From: an uncultured Actinomycetes bacterium | Lineage (GTDB): Bacteria > Actinomycetota > Thermoleophilia > Gaiellales > Gaiellaceae | Length of the DNA: 24,000 nt | Direction: 5' to 3' | Assembly: GCA_963723345.1 (NCBI GenBank) | Contig: CAVRPZ010000002.1 | Location: 1,176,522-1,200,521 of the forward strand | Shown here: positions 6,601-13,089 of the stretch, piece after piece | How the letters are laid out: every line of letters begins with the position of its first letter | Numbering within the stretch: position 1 is the stretch's first letter | Notes under the pieces: generated by a model | What the model was told of the DNA's origin: nothing | Databases searched by the model: none | The model's input: the letters and a program-made list of their open reading frames with translations, nothing else | Program-made: the position numbers and the translations under genes

Positions 6601-7988
6601 GCGAGCGTCTCCTGAGCGGCCATTCCCGCCTCGACGGCGTGCTCGGGGGCGGCCTCCCGGTGGACGCAATCAACATGCTCATCGGGCTTCCGGGAACCGG
6701 CAAGACGATCCTCGCTCAGCAATACCTGTTCGCGAACGCGACGATCGAGCGGCCCGGCTTGTACCTCGCCACGGTGTCGGAACCATTCGACAAGATCCTC
6801 CGCTACGGCCAGAGCCTCCGCTTCTTCGACCCTGGAGCGGTCGGCAACTCGGTCTTCTACGAGGACCTCGGCCCGGCTCTCAACGAGCGCGGCCTCGCCG
6901 GCGTCCTCGAGCAGGTGACCGCGCTGATCAAGGAGCGCCGCCCGGGAATCATCGTGATCGACAGCTTCAAGGCGCTCTCTGCCTACGCGGAGGCTGCCGA
7001 GTTTCGCCGCTTCCTCCACGATTTCGCCGGCCACCTGTCCGCCTTCCCGGCCTCGTCGTTTTGGATCGGCGAGTACGGCGAAGAGGAGATCGCCGTGGCA
7101 CCCGAATTCGCGGTCGCCGACGCCATCATCAGCCTCTCCACGACGCGAGCGTCCGAGCGCGAGACGCGCTCCCTCCGCGTCCTCAAGCTACGGGGAAGCG
7201 AATTCGCTCCCGGCCAGCACGCCTACCGCCTCTCGGCCAACGGGATCGACGTCTTCCCGCGGCTGGCCGACCAGATCGACATGACCAGCTACCCGCTCGA
7301 CGGAGCCAGGCACTCATCCGGGATCGCCGCCCTCGACGACATGCTCGCCGACGGTTACTGGCCCGGCGCCTCCACGCTCTGCGCTGGCCCCTCGGGCTGC
7401 GGCAAGACCCTGATGGGCCTGCACTTCATCTTCAACGGCGTCCGTCAGGGCGAACCCGGTGTGCTGGCGACGCTCCAGGAACACCCGACCCAGCTCGCGC
7501 GGATCGTCGAGGGGTTCGGGTGGTCGGTTGACGAGGAGGGCGTCGAGCTGATGTACCGCTCGCCTGTCGACATGTACATCGACGAGTGGGTCTATGACCT
7601 CCTCGAGACGGTGGAGCGCACCGGAGCACGCCGTGTCCTCATCGATAGCCTCACCGATCTCAAGCTCGCCTCGCCGGACGAGATCCGGTTCCGCGAATAC
7701 ATGTACTCGCTCGTCCAGCGCTTCTCCCGCCAGGGAGTCAGCGTGTTCATGACCTCGGAGCTACCAGACCTCTTCCACGTGAGGCGACTCTCCGAGTTCG
7801 GCGTCTCACACCTCTCCGACAACGTCGTGCTCCTCCAATACACCCGCGACCAAGCAACCGTTCGGCGCGCCCTCACCGTCTTGAAGACGCGCGCAAGCCG
7901 ACACGAACCGGAAACCCGCGAGTTCAGAATCACTCCCGAAGGGATCGTGCTCGGTGACCCGTTCATCCCTGCACAAAGGTTCGACTAG
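6597..7988 (+). CDS. KaiC-like double-domain RecA-superfamily ATPase
   Basis: 463 aa with two tandem KaiC/RecA-like domains. Walker A motifs are GLPGTGKT (6684-6707) and GPSGCGKT (7386-7409); Walker B-like motifs are GIIVIDSF and RRVLIDSL. The domain ends LKLRGSEF...Y.LS..GI.VFPR and LKTRASRHE...REF.ITPEGI are typical of KaiC-family proteins. The 6411 start in the track is an off-target extension through the receiver gene. Confidence 0.9.
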   Translation: MSERLLSGHSRLDGVLGGGLPVDAINMLIGLPGTGKTILAQQYLFANATIERPGLYLATVSEPFDKILRYGQSLRFFDPGAVGNSVFYEDLGPALNERGLAGVLEQVTALIKERRPGIIVIDSFKALSAYAEAAEFRRFLHDFAGHLSAFPASSFWIGEYGEEEIAVAPEFAVADAIISLSTTRASERETRSLRVLKLRGSEFAPGQHAYRLSANGIDVFPRLADQIDMTSYPLDGARHSSGIAALDDMLADGYWPGASTLCAGPSGCGKTLMGLHFIFNGVRQGEPGVLATLQEHPTQLARIVEGFGWSVDEEGVELMYRSPVDMYIDEWVYDLLETVERTGARRVLIDSLTDLKLASPDEIRFREYMYSLVQRFSRQGVSVFMTSELPDLFHVRRLSEFGVSHLSDNVVLLQYTRDQATVRRALTVLKTRASRHEPETREFRITPEGIVLGDPFIPAQRFD

Positions 7989-8025
7989 CACGAACCGCGC
8001 GACAGGTAGGCGGACGAGCGCGCAC

Positions 8026-9144
8026 GTGCACGTCACCGACCTGCTCCTGCTGGAGGAACTCCACGCCCAGTTGCCGGTCGGCTTGCTCGTCAACGACGCC
8101 GACACGCTCGAGATCCTCCACGCCAGCCCCCCACTTCCGGGTTTCGCCGGTCACGACCTGCCGCTCGATCAGCTGATCCAATCGCACAAGGACGAACGCC
8201 AGCCGCTCGGCCAAGCAGATGAACTGGCGGCACTCGTCGCAGACGTAGCCGCGACCGGAAGGCCGCGTCACCTACGCGAGTTCCGTCACGACTCCCCAGG
8301 GCAGGAGCCGAACTGGTGGAGCGCAACCCTCCGTCGCATCGACACCGACCGCTGGGGCCCAGTCGTAGTCACGCTCGCGGTCGACACGACCGACCAGGTT
8401 CGCGCCCGGCATCTCCTGGAGGAGCGCGAACGGCGGCACGTGGCCCTGCAGCAAGAGATCGCCGCCGTTCCCGGCCACAACCTCGTCTCCTCCCTCCAGC
8501 AGGTTGCCGATGCCCTCGTCCCCGCCCTACAGGCCGACGTAGCCACGATCCGACTGCTCGGCGCAGACGCCAAGCTCCACCTCGTCGCCGCTAGCGGCCT
8601 TCGCCCCGCCGAGACTCGACGCCTCGCCCTGGACCCGATCACCCTACGCCGGCTCGAGACGATGATCGAAAGCGGGCCGCCGACAGCCCTCGGATCGCTC
8701 GGCCTCCACTGGGTCGAGGTGCGGTGGCTCGAGGCCGGCGGCAAACGGATCGGGATTCTGACGATCGGTGCGCGCAGCAAGCGGCGTCCGCCCGAGGACG
8801 ACCTCACGCTGCTCAACGCCGCATCAGTGCAGCTCGGCCACGCCCTGGAGAACATCGAGCGGAGCCCGCAGTTCCTTCGAAGCCGTTCTCTCGAGGTGGC
8901 CCGCGTGAACACGGACGTAGGCGAGGCCGCGCAAGCCCGCAGCGCCGACCTCCGCCCACGCGAGCTCGCGATTCTCCGCCTCTACGGCGAAGGACTCCGA
9001 ACAGATCAAGTCGCCGAACTACTCGTTCTCTCCCCGCACACAGTCCGGACACACGTGAGGAACGCCCGCCGCCGCCTTGGCGTCAGCTCCCGAGCCGAGG
9101 CACTCGACCTTCTCAAAGCTGCCGAGGCCGATCCCTCTGTGTGA
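8026..9144 (+). CDS. PAS-GAF-LuxR (HTH) transcriptional regulator
   Basis: N-terminal PAS-like fold (LPVGLLVNDADTLEILHAS...WWSATLRRI...VVVTLAVDTTDQV). Central GAF (LQQVADALVPALQADVATIRLL...LHLVAASG...RIGILTIGAR...LLNAASVQLGHALEN). C-terminal LuxR HTH (LRPRELAILRLYGEGLRTDQVAELLVLSPHTVRTHVRNARRRLGV). Start is uncertain: GTG 8026 is preferred because ATG 7954 would overlap kaiC-like by 35 nt and add a low-complexity extension. Confidence 0.8.
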   Translation: MHVTDLLLLEELHAQLPVGLLVNDADTLEILHASPPLPGFAGHDLPLDQLIQSHKDERQPLGQADELAALVADVAATGRPRHLREFRHDSPGQEPNWWSATLRRIDTDRWGPVVVTLAVDTTDQVRARHLLEERERRHVALQQEIAAVPGHNLVSSLQQVADALVPALQADVATIRLLGADAKLHLVAASGLRPAETRRLALDPITLRRLETMIESGPPTALGSLGLHWVEVRWLEAGGKRIGILTIGARSKRRPPEDDLTLLNAASVQLGHALENIERSPQFLRSRSLEVARVNTDVGEAAQARSADLRPRELAILRLYGEGLRTDQVAELLVLSPHTVRTHVRNARRRLGVSSRAEALDLLKAAEADPSV

Positions 9145-9199
9145 CCGACGGAAGAGATCGCTGCTCCCTGACTCATCGGTAGGTTCTCCTGCAGAAGTC

Positions 9200-9940
9200 A
9201 TGACCCGTCTGCGCTCCGGCAACCTCGCCCTCGCCGCACTCCATGGCGGCCAGGCCGTCTTGATCGTCGTCCTCGGGGCGACGCTTGCGATACCGATCAC
9301 GGCGCAGTGGGCGGACGGCCCGCCGGGTTCCGCGCTCGGCCCGACGGAGACGCTCTTCGACCTCCCGGTGCGCTGGTGCGTGGCCGCGTTCCTGTTGCTG
9401 GCGGCGTTGGATCACCTGCTCGTCGCCTCGCCGGGAGTCGTGTCCTGGTACGAGCGGAACCTCCGCCGCGGGATCAACTACGCGCGCTGGATCGAGTACT
9501 CCTTCAGCGCCTCGCTGATGGTCGTCCTGATCGCTGCGTTCGCGGGCGTCACCGATCTCCGTGCGCTCGTGGCCGTCGCGGGTGTCAACGCCGCGATGAT
9601 CCTCTTCGGGCTCCTCATGGAGCGCACGAACGTGGGCCGCGATCGGCCCGACTGGCTGCCGTTCTGGTTCGGATGCATTGCCGGCGCGGTCCCGTGGATC
9701 GTCATCGGGATCTCGCTCGTCGGGGCGGAGATCGACGGGAGTGTGCCCGGCTTCGTGTGGGCGATCTTCGTCTCCCTGTTCCTGTTCTTCAACTGCTTCG
9801 CGGTCAACATGTGGCTGCAGTACCGCCGGATCGGCGCCTGGCGCAGCTACGTGTTCGGCGAGTGGGGCTACCTGGTTCTCAGCCTCACCGCGAAGAGCGC
9901 GCTCGCCTGGCAGATCTACGCCGGCGCGCTCGCGAGCTGA
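9200..9940 (+). CDS. Heliorhodopsin (retinal-binding, inverted-topology 7TM photoreceptor)
   Basis: 246 aa. Blocks match my recollection of the founding heliorhodopsin 48C12: GPPG; NYARWIEYSFSASLMVVLIA (counterion Glu, codon 9494-9496); LPFWFGCIAGAVPWI; VPGFVWAIFVSLFLFFNCFAV; LVLSLTAKSALAWQIYAG (Schiff-base Lys, codon 9893-9895). Both conserved His residues are present (AALHGGQ, ALDHLLV). ATG 9200 is chosen; the 9077 start overlaps the LuxR gene. Confidence 0.9.
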   Translation: MTRLRSGNLALAALHGGQAVLIVVLGATLAIPITAQWADGPPGSALGPTETLFDLPVRWCVAAFLLLAALDHLLVASPGVVSWYERNLRRGINYARWIEYSFSASLMVVLIAAFAGVTDLRALVAVAGVNAAMILFGLLMERTNVGRDRPDWLPFWFGCIAGAVPWIVIGISLVGAEIDGSVPGFVWAIFVSLFLFFNCFAVNMWLQYRRIGAWRSYVFGEWGYLVLSLTAKSALAWQIYAGALAS

Positions 9941-10178
9941 GTCGGCGACGTCGAGCTGGCGCCCGCGCCCGGTCGACACGGCAGTTCACGTGGCACTCGG
10001 TCGCTCGGTCGGGTTCTGCTGAGCTGGGCCGAACTCACGGCCCGCAGCGGCGAGCGCCAAGAGCCTCCTCGAGTCGGCTGGTACTGTGGTGGCGATCGCA
10101 GGAATCAGAGCGAGTACCGGTCTTGGCTTAACACGCCTTCCGCTGCACGTTCATGAAGCAGTCGAAGGAGGTGGAGAT

Positions 10179-10391
10179 ATGCCAACCGGAACCGTGAAGT
10201 GGTTCAACGACGACAAGGGCTACGGCTTCGTGTCGCCGGACGACGGGAGCAAGGACGTCTTTGTTCACCACAGCGCGATCGGCGGCGAGGGGTTCAAGAG
10301 CCTCGCCGAGGGCGCGAAGGTGGAGTACGAGGTCGAGCAGGGCCCGAAGGGCCCGCAGGCGCGCAGCGTCAGCGTCGTCGCGTCGGTCTGA
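10179..10391 (+). CDS. cspA: Cold-shock protein (CspA family)
   Basis: [34 protein letters not shown] carries the RNP1/RNP2 motifs. GAAGGAGGTGGA RBS directly upstream of ATG 10179. Confidence 0.95.
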   Translation: MPTGTVKWFNDDKGYGFVSPDDGSKDVFVHHSAIGGEGFKSLAEGAKVEYEVEQGPKGPQARSVSVVASV

Positions 10392-10397
10392 GCTCGT

Positions 10398-10426
10398 GGG
10401 GCGCACCGCCGTAGGCGGTGCGCCCC
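10398..10426 (+). terminator. Intrinsic-terminator-like hairpin after csp
   Basis: Perfect 13-bp stem ggggcgcaccgcc / ggcggtgcgcccc with a 3-nt loop, starting 7 nt after the csp stop codon. No T-tract. Confidence 0.7.
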
Positions 10427-10534
10427 CGTCTCACTTCGAGCCAGGGCTCGAGCGAGCTGCACGGAAGGTCGACGTGGACGGCGCCGAAGTGCCCGCCACG
10501 CGGATCGAGCGGAAGGAGCTGTGCCATCGCCGAC

Positions 10535-11650
10535 ATGGGGCCGCTGGGGAGCGCCTCCCCGCCGAAGCTCTCGTTCGACAACGGCGGCGACTTCATCAAG
10601 CAGACGCGCCGCGAGGTCGAGGAGTATCTCTCTGCCCGGCGTACCCGGGTGCGCGGACGCGTCGAGCTGTATGCCAAAGGGATCGTCGCGTTCGTCGTCC
10701 TGTCCGCGTCGTGGCTGACGCTCGTGCTCGGCCAACCCGGCCCGTGGCTCGGTCTCGTCAGCTTCGGCGGGCTGATCCTCGGCACCTCGCTCATCGCGTT
10801 CTGCGTGATGCACGACGCCAATCACGGCGCCTATTTCCGGACACGCCGGCTGAACCACCTGATGGGCTGGACGGCCGATGTGCTACTCGGGCTCTCGAGC
10901 TACGCCTGGCGCGTGAAGCACAACGTCGCCCATCACACCTATACGAACGTCGACGGCTACGACGCCGACATCACGCAGGTGCCGTTCGCGCGACTGACGC
11001 CCGTGCAGGCACCCCGTCCCTGGTACCGGCTGCAGCACTACTACATCTGGGCGCTGTACTGCGTGATGGCGCTCCGCTGGCAGACCGTCGGCGACGTCGC
11101 CGCATTGGCCCGGGGAAGCATCGGGACGAGCGCGTTGCGCATGCCGCGCCGCTGGGATCTCGCCGGCCTCGTCGGTGGGAAGGTGATCTTCGTCGGGTGG
11201 GCGATCGTCGTGCCGATGCTCGTCTATCCGTGGTGGGCAGTCCTCTGCGGCTATCTCGTCTACTCGATGGTCGTGAGCCTGATCATGGCCGTGACCTTCC
11301 AGCTCGCACACTGCGTCGAGGAAGCCGACTTCGCCTCGGCCGAGGAGCTCGCCAGCGAGCGGCGGCTCTGGGCGGTGCACGAGGTCGAGACGACGGTCGA
11401 CTTCTGCCCGCGCAACCCGGTGCTCGGCTGGGTGGTCGGCGGCCTCAACTACCAGATCGAGCACCACCTGTTTCCTCGGGTGCCGCACACGCACTACGCG
11501 CACATCGCCACGATCGTCCAGCGGAACGCCGAGCGACACGGTGTCCGCTACGTCACCCAGCGCTCGCTGCGCTCGGCCCTCCGGTCGCACTTCCGGCACC
11601 TGCGCACGATGGGCAGGAGGGGCGTCCCGGTCGCACTCGAGATGGGCTGA
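10535..11650 (+). CDS. Membrane fatty-acid desaturase (Delta6/front-end-desaturase-like, no cytochrome b5 domain)
   Basis: Three histidine boxes, HDANHG, HNVAHH and QIEHH, with TM segments in the canonical arrangement. ATG 10535 (MGPLGSASPPKLSF...) is chosen; the upstream part of the 10418 ORF runs through the csp terminator. Confidence 0.9.
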   Translation: MGPLGSASPPKLSFDNGGDFIKQTRREVEEYLSARRTRVRGRVELYAKGIVAFVVLSASWLTLVLGQPGPWLGLVSFGGLILGTSLIAFCVMHDANHGAYFRTRRLNHLMGWTADVLLGLSSYAWRVKHNVAHHTYTNVDGYDADITQVPFARLTPVQAPRPWYRLQHYYIWALYCVMALRWQTVGDVAALARGSIGTSALRMPRRWDLAGLVGGKVIFVGWAIVVPMLVYPWWAVLCGYLVYSMVVSLIMAVTFQLAHCVEEADFASAEELASERRLWAVHEVETTVDFCPRNPVLGWVVGGLNYQIEHHLFPRVPHTHYAHIATIVQRNAERHGVRYVTQRSLRSALRSHFRHLRTMGRRGVPVALEMG

Positions 11651-11695
11651 GCTCCCGTCGGGAACCGGGCCGCTCGGGCGGGGCGACGGGATCGG

Positions 11696-12583
11696 TCAGC
11701 CGGCCATGGAGCCACTCGAGAGAGCAGCACGTGCGGCGTCCTCGAAAGAGGTGAGCGGGAACGGGAGCAGAGCGCGCAGACGATCGTCGCGTACGACCGT
11801 CGGGTTGCGAAGACCTTCGATCAACGGGCGCGCGACACCCGCCCTCACCGGCGTGACGAGGTGGAGCCAATACGAGGAGAGCCTGGGGCTCAGCACGGGC
11901 ACCTCGACGATGAGACGCCGCCGGCCGCGGATGTGCGCGATCCGCTCGATCATCTCCTTGTAGCTGAGCACGTCCGGACCGCCGACGTCGAAGCTCTGAC
12001 CCCGGGCCTCGGGCATGCGCGCGACCCCGACGAGGTAACGGACGACGTCCGCCAGGGCGATGGGCTGGGTGGGCGTCGACACCCATCTCGGCGCGATCAT
12101 CGCCGGCAGCCGGTCGACGAGCGAGACGATCGTCTCGAAGGCGGCGCTGCCACGGCCGATCACGACGGCCGCGCGCAGCGTCGTAAGCGGAACGGCGCCG
12201 GACGAGAGCGCAACGGCCGTCTCGAGCCTGCTTCGCAGGTGCGGCGACAGGTCGGGCCGGTCGTCGCCGAGGCCTCCGAGGTACACGAGCTGGGAGACAC
12301 CTGCGTGTTCGGCTTCGCGGGCGACCGTCTCGGCTGCTCGGCGATCGACCACCGCGTAGTCCGGAGTCCCCAGGGAGTGGACGAGGTAGTACGCCACCTC
12401 GACGCCCTCGAGCGACCGGCGGACCGATGTGGAGTCAGTGACGTCGGCAGCGATCGGCCGTACACCCTCGACCGGCGAGGCATCGGGTCTCCGCGAGACG
12501 GCGACCACCTCCTCGGAACGGGCGAGGGCCGAGACGAGGGCCGTGCCGACCACGCCCGACGCTCCCAGCACCGCGACCGTCAC
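11696..12583 (-). CDS. NAD(P)H-binding protein, NmrA-like/atypical SDR family
   Basis: N-terminal Rossmann motif VAVLGASGVVG, 295 aa, typical NmrA/YbjT-like length. The GTG start at 12583 overlaps the upstream stop (GTGA). Confidence 0.85.
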   Translation of the reverse strand: MTVAVLGASGVVGTALVSALARSEEVVAVSRRPDASPVEGVRPIAADVTDSTSVRRSLEGVEVAYYLVHSLGTPDYAVVDRRAAETVAREAEHAGVSQLVYLGGLGDDRPDLSPHLRSRLETAVALSSGAVPLTTLRAAVVIGRGSAAFETIVSLVDRLPAMIAPRWVSTPTQPIALADVVRYLVGVARMPEARGQSFDVGGPDVLSYKEMIERIAHIRGRRRLIVEVPVLSPRLSSYWLHLVTPVRAGVARPLIEGLRNPTVVRDDRLRALLPFPLTSFEDAARAALSSGSMAG

Positions 12584-13089
12584 GAATGTGCCTCGGCGAT
12601 GAGTCGGGCGAAGTAGCGCCGGCTGATCGCCGCATGGAGTCGCTGCTGCGCGAATCCGAGCGTCGCTCCCAGCCGTGGTACGAACTCGGTCACCTCCGCG
12701 CGCAGCTCGACGTCCACGGCGCCGACCTGCGACAGGGCCAGCGAGCCGCCCTCTCGGCGCGCGAGCACGCCACCGCGGATCGGGTAGGTGCAGCTCACCC
12801 GCTCGTCCCCGACGGACGTCTCGGCAGGCCCGAAGCTGAGGAGGGCCGGGCCTCGTCCCAGCAGGCGCAGCTCGACTCCCTCCGTCTCCTGGCGGCAGCG
12901 GACCAGTCCCCGGCTGGCGCGCACTGCTTCGCGCCAGTATCGCTGCCCGAGGGCTCTTGCCCCCGAATCCGATCGCTCGACGACGGGCCGGGCGGAGCTC
13001 GCGCGCTGGACGGACGCGTAGGTCCCGTCCTCGCTCCTCGTCTGCACGGAGCTCCAGGCTTCGAGGCGGCGGGGCACGCGAGGGCTCAC
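12580..13089 (-). CDS. Hypothetical protein (169 aa), translationally coupled between the litR-like and NmrA-like genes
   Basis: The C-terminal ~120 aa has protein-like composition (YWREAVRASRGLVRCRQETEGVELRLLGRGPALLSFG...YPIRGGVLARREGGSLAL...FAQQRLHAAISRRYFARLIAE). GTG 13089 overlaps the litR stop (GTGA) and the stop overlaps the next GTG (GTGA). I do not recognise the family. Alternative GTG starts lie 12 and ~39 nt downstream. Confidence 0.6.
   Translation of the reverse strand: MSPRVPRRLEAWSSVQTRSEDGTYASVQRASSARPVVERSDSGARALGQRYWREAVRASRGLVRCRQETEGVELRLLGRGPALLSFGPAETSVGDERVSCTYPIRGGVLARREGGSLALSQVGAVDVELRAEVTEFVPRLGATLGFAQQRLHAAISRRYFARLIAEAHS

Noticed and set aside
6597-7988. Calling the locus a circadian oscillator (kaiABC)
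   Set aside because: Only a KaiC-like gene is present, with no kaiA or kaiB in the window. The sequence alone cannot show rhythmic behaviour. It is therefore reported as a KaiC-like ATPase with unknown dynamics.
9077-9199. Longer heliorhodopsin start at ATG 9077
   Set aside because: It would overlap the LuxR gene by 68 nt and add 41 residues (Pro/Ser/Arg-rich) with no counterpart in heliorhodopsins. From ATG 9200, family-level similarity begins within a few residues of the N-terminus.
11654-11690. Hairpin between the convergent desaturase and NmrA-like genes (cccgtcg...cgacggg)
   Set aside because: It has only a 7-bp stem with a ~23-nt loop and no convincing inner pairing. That is not strong enough to annotate as a terminator.
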